From: Mobula hypostoma
Lineage: Eukaryota
Assembly (NCBI RefSeq): GCF_963921235.1
Contig: NC_086109.1
Location: 9,116,001 to 9,180,000 of the forward strand
Reading direction: 5' to 3'
DNA: 64,000 bases
Of the stretch, positions 23,301-33,200 are shown one piece after another; the first letter of the stretch is position 1; each line of letters begins with the position of its first letter. Below the pieces are notes generated by a model, which saw nothing but the letters and a program-made list of their open reading frames with translations, was not told the origin of the DNA and ran no database searches. The position numbers were made by a program, and so were the translations under genes.

Positions 23301-25092
23301 CACCCTAGAAGAATGCTTTCTACGGTGCATCTATAAAAATTAGTGAGGGTTTTAGGGGACAGGCCAAATTTCTTTAGCTTTCTCAGGAAGTAAAGGCAAA
23401 GGTGGGCCTTCTTGGCAGTGGACTCTGCCTGGTTGGACCAAGTCAGGTCATTTGTGACATTTTATGAGTGATTAATGCAGAAAACCAGGTCATTGCAAAG
23501 GGTTCACAAACCTCTTCTTGCAACTGTACATAAGTTCTGTACCCCTGCTGGGGCCTAGGCTGCTGACAGCAATTCACCAGAGCCCTCAGTCCAGGGCCTG
23601 TCTTTCAAGTTGTCGAGGATCCTTCCTCAGCCAGGGACGGGGTCTTTGGAACTTCTGTTGGTGTTTCAGTAGCTCTGGGCCTTTACGGGATGAGGATGCC
23701 AGCCCCATGTCCCACCCTCCTCCTTTCTCTGGAAGGCCTGGGATCACCCATGGTGGAGTATTCTATGACCAACAAAACTCATTAACAGTGGAAATGGAAA
23801 TGTGCTCTTGACAAACGTGCACGCCCACTCCTGCTGTTGTTAGTGAAAGGATTCCCCGCCCCCTCCCATTGATTTACTCTTCCCTCCGACAGATTAACAT
23901 GGTGCTGAGCTGTGGTCTCAGTCGAGGTCGTGGCTCCGACTTGGTCGTTTTATCGGTTCATTGGGATGGCTTTGGAGTTAGCGAGGGGAGTTAGGGATCA
24001 GGTTGGAGTTTAGAGACAGGGAATGTGAGGAGTTAAAGGTCAGACCTAAGTCTAGGCCACTGCTCCACGTTTGAAGGCCAGCAATGTGGACGTGTGACTG
24101 AAGGCATCCCTGATTGGACGTTGGGCCGGCATACCAGCGAAAACGAGTGCTGGTGGCTTCCCCTCTATGTCAGCGAGTCTTTGATGGGTTCTAGGATCAG
24201 AATTCCATGTGAGCAGAAGACACAAGTGACGGTGGCCCCCCACTCCCCGGTACACGAATAGGTGAAACTGGAGCGTGAAGCCTCCTGTCATCCGTGTGTC
24301 CGGAGTCCGGGGTCCCCATCCAGTTTCTTTAGTCATTGTACTGAAGGTCGATCGGCCGTCTGGACGTTAAGCTCTGGTGACTGGAGCCTTGAGCCTGCGT
24401 CTGTGTGTGTGCGTGAGTGTGTGTTTGTGTTTGAGTCTGTGTGTGTGTGTGTGTGTTTGTGTTTGAGTCTGTGTGCACGCGTGCATCTGTGAGTGCGTGT
24501 GTCTGCTTTAGAAGTTGAAGTCGGTGGTCTGTGAGTCCAAGTCCTCTGCTGTCCGCAGACTTACCCTGCATGTGGACGCCGGTGTGTGTGCGTGATTGCA
24601 TGGTTGGTGCGAGGCTGTTTTGTTGCTTGTCGTGTTCTGTGTTGTTCTGCCAAGCACTGTGGGCACCAGAATGTGTGGCGATCCCCATGACATCATTGAT
24701 TGTTAATGTAAATAATGCATTTCCCTGTATGTTTGGATGTACGTGTGATAAATAAGTGAATCTGGGATTCATGGGGACAGCTGACACCTCTCGTTGGTGC
24801 CTTTGCCTGGGAAAGGGGATCCTGTCTGTGTCCAGGCCTTTGTGGGGACAGCTCTGCACTCGTAATGCCTAGTAACGATTGTCGCTCTCTCCCACCTCAG
24901 ATCTACAAAATGGACTGTGAGGCCTTTGCCACTGTGGCGAAACAATTGATTGCGCAAGATGCGAGCCTGGAGGAACGTGTGGCGTCGGCCGTCAAGAAGA
25001 GTTTGCAACTGATTGGTGAGCGTTGCCTTGCTGAGCTGAAGGAGACCATTGCAAAGTGGGATGCTGCCAATGTGCTGAAGAAACGGAGATGA
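7950..25092 (+). CDS. PPHLN1: Periphilin-1-like protein, 3' part (probable paralog); exons 7950-8075, 12575-12871, 20143-20274, 24901-25092
   Basis: The last two exons give [69 protein letters not shown]. This matches the recalled periphilin C-terminal core RSKAIASKTKEIEQ|VYRQDCETFGMVVKMLIEKDPSLEKSIQFALRQNLHEIGERCVEELKHFIAEYD. All four exons join in phase 0. Confidence 0.8.
8308..8800 (+). mobile_element. Short Tc1-derived non-autonomous element (related copies at about 32055-32535, 42740-43450, 52390-52900, 55475-56010)
   Basis: GGCCACTTTATTAGGTACAC termini and an [17 protein letters not shown] HTH remnant. Confidence 0.7.
11169..11625 (+). mobile_element. R4/Dong-clade non-LTR retrotransposon 3' fragment (restriction-like endonuclease)
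   Basis: Open frame 11169-11570: [14 protein letters not shown]...N(C)(L)DIILQDK...YLID...[13 protein letters not shown]...[16 protein letters not shown]...[13 protein letters not shown]; preceded by a TAA repeat. Confidence 0.8.
12464..12560. repeat. (CT)n(CA)n microsatellite
   Basis: Read directly. Confidence 0.97.
12575..12871 (+). CDS. Periphilin-like internal exon extended by 33-bp repeats
   Basis: Strong acceptor after a CT/CA tract (cccatcccag). Encodes [33 protein letters not shown] plus six 11-aa repeats up to the first CGG|gtaagt; 297 nt, phase 0-0. Confidence 0.55.
12657..13672. repeat. 33-bp minisatellite, about 31 copies, containing GTAAGT splice donors
   Basis: Unit GTGAACCCAGAGG(A/T)G(A/G/T)CAGCACTGGTCGGG(AAC/TAA); period 33 (12711->12744). 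Confidence 0.97.
16050..18095. repeat. About 2-kb C/T-rich low-complexity tract (CCCCTCT / CCCCTCAT motifs)
   Basis: Almost purely pyrimidine on the + strand. Confidence 0.97.
18600..19365 (-). mobile_element. Young Rex1/Babar LINE 3' fragment with (TAATC)n tail, inserted into an older Rex fragment
   Basis: Intact 191-aa frame [10 protein letters not shown]...FKFLGVHI...[10 protein letters not shown]...PSGRRYRS; (ATTAG)n at 18600. Confidence 0.9.
20143..20274 (+). CDS. PPHLN1: Periphilin-like penultimate exon
   Basis: ctctcag|[44 protein letters not shown]|gtacac; 132 nt, phase 0-0. Confidence 0.8.
20870..21650. mobile_element. hAT (Charlie-like) MITE inserted in the Tc1
   Basis: Termini CAGGGCTCCCCAACC ... 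GGTTGGGGACCACTG. Confidence 0.75.
20972..21520. mobile_element. Second hAT-like element nested within the MITE
   Basis: 8-bp TSD TGTTCAAG at 20964-20971 and 21521-21528; TAGGGTTGCCAAC / GTTGGCAACCCTA inverted repeats. Confidence 0.7.
22790..23456 (-). mobile_element. Rex1/Babar LINE 3' fragment inserted in the Tc1 right TIR
   Basis: [25 protein letters not shown]...[18 protein letters not shown] on both flanks. Confidence 0.85.
24901..25092 (+). CDS. PPHLN1: Periphilin-like last coding exon (dimerisation/TASOR-binding helical core)
   Basis: Polypyrimidine tract plus cag acceptor at 24900; motifs DCExF, LI..D.SLE and IGERC..ELK..IA..D; TGA stop. Confidence 0.9.
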   Translation: MYKMDCEAFATVAKQLIAQDASLEERVASAVKKSLQLIGERCLAELKETIAKWDAANVLKKRR

Positions 25093-26323
25093 ATTTTATC
25101 CCTAAGTTTACGACCCAGGAGATGGCTCATTTTACATGCCATTTCCTGAATCCTTTTTCTGATTTTCCCTGCCAATATTTCTTCCTTTTCGTTCAGCCCG
25201 CCATTGTAATCGTCGTCCATATCTACTGCAGATGTTGGTAGTCTATTCCGCCTACTCCCAATGGAATCCGGAACCTACTAATAGCTGTGGACGACAGCAG
25301 TGGCATTGGTTTCTTCTTTCCCAGAGGAGATGTGTAAGAGTCGTCTGCCACCACGCATCCTATCTTGTGTGATCGGCAACTCCGCATCAACCAGGCGTCT
25401 GACTTGGGGGAACTGCGGGCCCATATGGTTCATCTGTTCGCCAGGTGTTCCCTGTGGAATGGCTTGTGGACTTTGACTACAAGCTAAATCCGGAAGTTTG
25501 TTTCTGTGCTGGTGGGCGATCTATACAGACAGGAGTTGGACAAACAAGTGCCGAAAATACACAGCGGGCCAAGCAGCCTCTGAGTGGAAGGAAATGGCTA
25601 TCATTTCAGGCCAACAGCCCCGGAACAGAACTGGTCATTAAGAGGTAATTTGCAGGGAATGAAGGGGTGGAAGGGGAGGAGAGGACAGAGAGATTTGATA
25701 GGTTAGGATGGGGAGGAGAGATGAAATAACCTGGAGATGGAGGTGAAAAGTTTAGCTCTCCTCTCCCTCTTTTCCTTTTTCATCCCTAAACTGAGAATAT
25801 TTCTAATCTTTTGTGGTTCTGATGGAAGATCGTTGACCTGAGACATGAACTGCTTCTCTCTCCACAAACGCTGCCTGACCTGCTGGGTAATTTTACCGTT
25901 TTCTGTTTTACGTGCTCTAGTTTGGAATTATAATTGGAGATAACTGTGTATTTCATTCAGGTAGCATTGGATCAGCTGCTGGTTATATTGAAACCCCCGG
26001 TCTCTTCCCGCACCTCCCCCCACCCCCCACGGATTTCTTCTGCCAACATTTGAAGATATTTCTTTTAGTGAGTTGTGCCTTTTTAAGGAAAGCAAAGAAG
26101 TGAACATTTATCCTGGGTCAGTCAGTGGAACTGAACATTGTAACTTGTGACTGAAAATTCTTTCCGTTGAGGTCAATGGAATGAAGACTAAATCGTCTTT
26201 AAACCTGATTGCTGAGTGAATTTCTGGGTATGCCTGTTTATGCTGTCGATGAACAACAACAGATTACTGGAGGTGTGTTTTATGTAGTACTAGTAGATTT
26301 TTTTAATGCAGTTTTTACAAAAG

Positions 26324-26329
26324 AATAAA
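26324..26329 (+). terminator. Candidate polyadenylation signal of the periphilin-like gene
   Basis: AATAAA followed by T/GT-rich sequence, at the end of mostly unique sequence 1.2 kb after the stop codon. Confidence 0.5.
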
Positions 26330-27306
26330 ATTGTTTTTGACTTATCAGTGGCTGTTAATCAGAATCAGGTTTAATATCACTGGAATATTTTGTGAGATTT
26401 GTTGACTTTGCAGAAGCAGTACAATGCAATACATAATAATAGAAAAACATGGATTACAGTGTGTGTGTATATATATATAAAATATTAAATTAAGTAGTGC
26501 AAAAACAGAAATAAAAAGGTAGTGAGGCAGTGTTCATGGATTTAATATCCATTCAGAAATCGGATGCAGAGGGGAAGAAGCTGTTCCTGAATCGCTGAGT
26601 GTGAGCCTCCGGTCTCCTGTACCTCCTCCCTGATGGTAGCAGTGAGAGAGGACATGCCCTGCGGTGGGGGGTCCTCAATGATGGATGCTGCCTTTTTGAA
26701 GCATTGTTACTTGAAGATGTCCTGGATACTATGCAGGCTCGTGCCCTCGGCATCTTTGACATATTTCACCTCGTTTGCTACTGATGTACACATGGCAAAT
26801 AAACTCGAATCCTGAATCAACTGCCCCATTTTCTATCCTTTTCCAGTAGTCTATTTCCTCTCAGGTGTCCAGGAAGCGCCCGCCCCTAATCCTCCTCCCT
26901 CCAAACCAGGGATAATTTTCACCTGTCAATCAAACTACCAACGGGATGCAGAAGGAAATCCGAGTTACCGAGGGGGGTAAAAGGACAAAACTGCAGGAGG
27001 ACCTCAACGGGTCAGGCAGCATCTTTGGAGGGAAATGGACAGTCACCGTTACCTGGGGGAAAGGTCTATGTAGTCACAGGAAGAACGTGCGAACTCCACA
27101 CAGGTAGCGCTGGACATCAGGATTGAACTTGACGGGTAGCAGACGTGACGTAGCAGCACTACCTGCTGTGGGTCTGTGCGGATACGAAAGGTAACATCTC
27201 TCGAGGGTTTGCGTAGGTGGGCATGGGAGAAAGATGAGGAAACGCAGCTTAAAATGAGCAAAAGCAGAAACAACCTGGTCTGATTTTATAAGAGCAGTTT
27301 GACCAC

Positions 27307-27312
27307 TTTATT
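27307..27312 (-). terminator. Candidate polyadenylation signal of the prickle gene
   Basis: AATAAA on the minus strand at the end of an AT-rich unique tract about 2.2 kb past the stop codon. Confidence 0.45.
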
Positions 27313-27699
27313 AGTTGATCTTGCACAAGTTTACAACAAGTTCTCATCTTTATATCTGTAAGTAAGATGTAGCTCAACATTTAAAGCACAGATGATACAT
27401 GCACTGAATAAGCATAAATAACATCCACAGTAATTAAATAGATATATGTAGTAATACATTATTTAAAATACAACATGATATTATGTAAATGTGTATAATA
27501 GTATTGTGATTATGTTTGCAGAGCTGGTTGTATTCGTGGTGTTGACGTCTGGGATGAAGTCGATGGGTCTGGGCAGGGGAACATGGTTTGAATCCAGCAC
27601 AGTGAAACCTGTGAGCAAATTGTCCTGCCGTTCTCTGTGATAGCAAGTGGGTCACTCCCAATATAGTGTTGGGAGTAATGCTAAAAGTCTAGTTCAGGT

Positions 27700-27960
27700 A
27701 GCAGAGAGAGAAATGGAGAGAAGAGAGGGGAGGAGTTGAGAGAGAGGGAAGGAGAAGAGAGAGAGGAGAGGGTATGAGAGGGGTGGGAGATGCATGGGAT
27801 AGAGATGAGAGGGATTGGAGAGTGGGGAAGCAAGGAGCGAGAGGAGTTAGATGGAGGGGACAGAGATAGAGAGAATGGTGAGATGGGGAGAGTGAGGAGG
27901 ATAGAGAGAGAGAGAGAGAGACAGACAGAGAGACAGAGACAGAGACAGACAGACAGACAA
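27700..27960. repeat. GA-rich / (GA)n(GACA)n simple repeat
   Basis: Read directly. Confidence 0.85.
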
Positions 27961-29468
27961 TTTTAACCTCTCATCAGCCTCAACCATGAACTCCTGCCAA
28001 ATCTGGGCAGTTTGATATAGTTGGTGTTGAGTTCTAACGCCCTTCCTAAGACAGAGGTCATCGTGTTCCACTGCCAACAGCCGTTGACAGTCTGGCGCCT
28101 CCTGCTGGCTGGCACTGAACTGACGAGGGTCTCACCCGGTCTAACTCAGTGATGTACAGCAGGTGAGGGTGTAGGTGACCAGGACTGTGATTGTTCTCAG
28201 TGTGACCAGAGACCAAATTGCTCATTGGAGCGGAAGACTGAAAACAGCATACAATAGGTCAGGAAAATACTGGTAGTTAGAAATTCATCCATGAGTGATT
28301 GCACAAAGGGGGCAAAGTACGGTCTAACTGTATTGGAAGAACTCAGCAGGTCAGGCAGCATCTGTGTAGAAAAACAGACAGTCCATATTTTGGGCCGAGA
28401 CCCTTTTGCAGGACTGCAGGATCTGCAGTCTTTCTCGTAAGATAAATTTCTTGGTGTTGAAGAACTTTGCTAAATGGCTCTTTTGAGAAAAGTCAGCTGA
28501 CAGTCAGGAAATGAGTTCATTTTTCCAATAAGACATAGGAGCAGAATTAGGCCATTCAGCCCATCGAGTCTGCTCCCCAATCGATCATGGCTGATTTATT
28601 ATCCCTCTCAACCTTATCCTCTTGCCTTCACCCTATAACCTTTGAAACTCTGACTATTTCAGCTGCATTTTGTTTGTTCACTGGTCAAGATGAGCTTTTA
28701 CTGCCCCCGTGTTAAGCACCTTTTTGAATGTCTGGACTGATTGGGCAAGGACGGCAGGTTTTTGTTCACCGAAGGGCCAACGGTTAGGTGTTTAAGGATC
28801 AATCGAATAGTTTTCACAGTTGCTGGTATGGATCCTAGCTTTCTATTCTGGACTTTCTTAATCACTAAGACTTTAATTTCCTGTCTGTGGGGGGTGGGGG
28901 GAATTGATTTACGAATGAGGTGTATGGTCCGCTGGCTTTATTAGATGAAAGTAAACTGTTGAAAGGTTATAGTGGGTGAGACCAGCCCGTGTTTCCACTC
29001 TGCTCTTCTCTGGATAATGATAAATTGTATAAGACGCACAAAATTCCGGAGGTATTCAGCAAGTCAGCCAGCAGCTACGGAGGGAAATGGACAGTTGACG
29101 TTTTGGACTGAGACCCTAAATGAGAACTGGACTGTCCTGATGAAAGGTCTCAGCCTATAATGTTGACTGTTTACTCTCCTCCATAGATGCTGCCTGACCC
29201 GCTGAGTTCCTCCAGCGTTCTGGGTGTGTGTGTGAGTGTTGCTCGAGACTTCCAGCATCTGCAGAATCTCTTGTGTGTCTGTTGAACTGTATACCCAGGA
29301 AATGCTGTATCTAAGCTCCAGAATATCTGCATTCTTTGCTAACAGAAGGACATTACGGTCAAGGAACCAGAAGGGAGAGTGGCAAGTATCACAGAAAGCC
29401 ATATGTCCAAGCCCCTCTTCCAGGGCAGAACATTTCACACACAAGCCAGCATGAAGTCTATGGGTTGC

Positions 29469-30295
29469 CTAGGCGATGGTGCAGTTTTTACTCTTGTTTT
29501 CCCTCTTCCTGTCCGCTTTACCTCTCTGCGCTGACATGATTTCAGGTGTGCGGCTGGGTTTCCAGGGCTCCCGACTGAAGTGGAGGCCGCTGCTGGTCTT
29601 TGGCCGTGGGATAGGCTGTCCGAGGAAATAGCCCTCCTCCTCCGAGTCGGAGGATGAGGAAGAGCACGTGGAACAGCAGCCGTCGTCGTCTCCGCAGTGC
29701 AGGCCCAAGACGTTATTCGGGGTGGAGTTCTGGAAGACACCACGCCCTGTCCCGTGGAAGGTCTGCTGTCTGCGCCGCGGTTTTGTTTGCGGTTGAGGGC
29801 ACCCAGCTGTGTGGATCAACTGATTGTAATGTTCTGAGTACATACGGTTATTTGGATTCTCTGTAGATCTCTCGGTGATTGTGCGGAGGGCTTCATCAGA
29901 ACATGACCTTTGAACCTTTCCCGAGTGGTGCTGGCAGCTACGGTAGCCCCCTTTGTGCCTGAACACTTTCCTCTGAGTCTGTTCACTCATGGGCCCCTGC
30001 TGCCATCTCTCTCCCTCCACAGGCTGCGAGACCACCGTGTCGGAGAAGGTGATCTTCTGGGGTCGGATTTGGGCCGCAGTTCTTCGCAGTGGGGAGGCAG
30101 AGTCTGGCTTTCGCTTCGATCTTTGTGGAGCTCCCTCGGGCTGTTTGCCCGCAAGGTGAAGGGACTCTGTGCTCCTCTTGTGATGGGAGAATGGCTTCAG
30201 AATTCCAGAGCTGGCCTGCATTTCAAATTCTTTTCCAGTCTCATCAGCGGGCCTGAATGGTTTTGGAGTCTTGTATTTGTCTTCGCTCACAGTTC
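29469..30295 (-). CDS. PRICKLE4: Prickle last coding exon (C-terminal motif, CaaX)
   Basis: Acceptor ttttccctcaag. Contains RSCSDEAL and [26 protein letters not shown]; ends KSKNCTIA*. Confidence 0.93.
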
Positions 30296-33200
30296 CTTGA
30301 GGGAAAAGAAATGACAGTTTTTATTAAATTGTTCAAAAACTTCCTAACCTTAGATAGCGGGTGGAATGGTAGCTAGCAGTTGGCACATTACTTTATTGTG
30401 CCAGCTGTGAGATTGGGGTTCAATTCCCACCCTAGCCTGTAAGGAGTTTGTACATTTTCCCTGTGACTGTGGGAGCTGTGGGCATGCGACGTTGGTGCCG
30501 GAAGCCCTTGCGGGCTGCCCCTGGCACTATTCTTACTGATTTGATTTTGTGAAGCCTTTCTGTATCCTCCTCAGCGTAATGATATTCTTACTGTACACTG
30601 AGAGCTAAATTGTTGTTTAGTGCGGCCTAAACAACAATCCGTGCAGCTGTAAAACGAATACCCAACTCAATATCTTGGCCGATGAAGTCACAGACCCGTA
30701 CAACACAGGTACAGGCCATTCGGCCCATTTAATCACGGTGCCCACCCAGCTGGTTCCAATTACCTGCATTCAGCCCATGTACTTCCAGCCCCCACCCCAC
30801 CCTGTACCCGTCCTTGGTACTTGCCTCAACCACTTCCTCTACTGACCGCCCTCTGGGTGAAAAATTTGCCCCTCACATCCCTTTTAAATCTTTCCCCCTC
30901 TCACCCTAAACCTACGCCCTTGTGTTTTGGACTCCCCTACCCTGTGGAAAAGACTTTTCAAAGTTCAACGTAAATTTATTATATATGTCACCATATACAA
31001 CCCTGAGATTCATTTGCCTGTGGGCATACTCAGCAAATCTATAGAATAGTAACTATAACAGGATCAATGAAAGATCAACCAGAGTGCAGAAGACAACAAA
31101 CTGCAAATACAAATAAATAGCAATAAATACTGAGAACATGAGATGAAGAGTCCTTAAACATGTTACCACTATCCTCATCTGTGTGTCTCCTAATTTTAAA
31201 CAGTTTTATCAAGTCATCCTATGTTTTAAGGAATAAAAACCTACCCTACACAGCCTCTCTAAACTCATTCCCCTCTAGTCCTGGCAAGATACGCATCTTG
31301 GCCATATCTAATATGCCATAACCATATCTTTCCTATAACCAGGTGACCAAAACTAATGAAATATGTGCAAGAGGTACTTAATAGAGTTGCCACTGAGTGT
31401 ATGTTCCTGGTCTTCGATCATAAGATATTGGAGCAGAATTAGGCCACTTTGCCCACCGAGTCTGCTCCGCCATTTTATCATGGCTGATCCCATTTTCCTC
31501 AGCCCAAATCTGTCTTCTCCCTGTATCCCCTGACTAATCAAGAATCTATTAACCTCTGCCTTAAGGTTGATCTATACTTTGCGTCAATTCGATGCCCCTA
31601 CGCAGAGCCGACGCGGATCCCTACGCCGTAGCCTGACGCGCACCTCTCCCAAAATGTAACTTCACGCGTCGCAGACCGCAACAACTGTGATTGGTCCGCT
31701 TGGTAGCATCGCATTTCCTCCTACGTTGCAGTAGCTTCCCATTGGGCGACTGAAGGGCAGGGAAGGAACTCTGGCTGCAACGCTTTCCATAAAGCTTTAC
31801 AGACCTCTGAAATTATGGAGGACACATTTTGCTTTTACGAAAAAAGACGCTCACTTTAAACTTGTTTACCCTGAGAAAGACTACCGTGACCATGAAGCCT
31901 TGCAGGGGCAGGTGTGTGTGCGCCTGCGCGACATGCCCAAATTGCAGAGCGACGCAGACACACCAGCGCACAAGCATAAATGCTCACAACTCAAGTAGGC
32001 CACTTGCGTAGGCTATGGCGTCGAGCTGACGCACAAGTAGAAATCAGCCTTTAGATTCTGCTGCTGTAGCCCATCCACTTAAAGTGTGACGTGTTGTGCA
32101 TTCACAGATGCTCTTTGCACACCACTGTTGTAACACGCGACTGTTAGAGTTACTGTCACCTTCCTGTCAGCTTGAACCAGTCTGGCCATTCTCTGATCTC
32201 TCTCATTAACGAGGCGTTTTCACCCACAGAACTGCCACATCAGATGTTTTTTGTTTTTCGCACCATTCTCTGTAAACTCTACACAGTGTGTGAAAATCCC
32301 AGGAGATCAGCAGCTCCTGAGCACTCAAACCACCCAGTCTGGTACCAACAATCATACCACAGTCAAAGTCACTTCCATCACCTTTCTTCCCCATTCTGAA
32401 GTTTGGTCTGGACAACAACTGAACCTCTTGACCATGTCTGCATGCTTTTATGCATTGAGTTGCTGCCACATGATTGGCTGATGAGATAGATGCGTTAGCA
32501 AGCAGGTGTACCTGATAGAGTAGCCTCTGAATGTACAACTGCAGAATCGGGTCTCAACTCAGTACTCAGTACCTTGACTGACGGGCAGTATGTTAAATGG
32601 CTTTTTCACCCACTTAGCTCCCTGTGACACCACTGTCAAAGCATTCTTCACCGCTCTGTCACCTGTGATTTAGCTTGCTATACGATAGACTCTTGAGTCA
32701 CAGAGCCTGCCTCAGCCCGTCCCATTAACGGGTGCAGCCCTGTCAATAAGACTGTTTCTCCTTTTCCAAATGTAAAAAAAAACATAAAAACAAACTTTGA
32801 CTCATCCACGGACTCTAATAACGGTTAATTTAAATAAAGACAATTAGCAACATATTTCCCATTTCATCATGAACTCAGATACTAGATTATGAAAACAACA
32901 GGGGTCAATGTTGGGACCGCTTCTTTTTACGTTGTACATCAGTGATTTGGACGACAGAACTGGTGGCTTTGTGGCCGCGTCTGGGGCAGGTAGTGTTGAG
33001 GAAGCAGCACTTGGACAGATTAGGAGAATGGGCAAAGAAGTGGCAGATGGAATACGGTGTCGGGAAGTGTATGGTCATACACTTTGGCAGAAGGAATAAA
33101 AACGTTGACTATTTGCTAAATGGGAAGAAAATTTAAAAATCCAAGGTGCAAAGAGACTTGGGAGTCCTTGTGTAGGATTCCCTAAAAGTTAATTTGCAGA

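Larger units (their letters stand above)
20520..23526 (-). mobile_element. Decayed Tc1-family DNA transposon with long IR/DR-type TIRs
   Basis: TA|CAGTTGCA...TGCAACTG|TA. Minus-strand transposase remnants: [14 protein letters not shown] (HTH), [21 protein letters not shown]. Confidence 0.88.

Noticed and set aside
24903..25220. 105-aa antisense ORF over the periphilin-like last exon
   Set aside because: No recognisable homology and a stop shortly upstream; the sense frame explains the region
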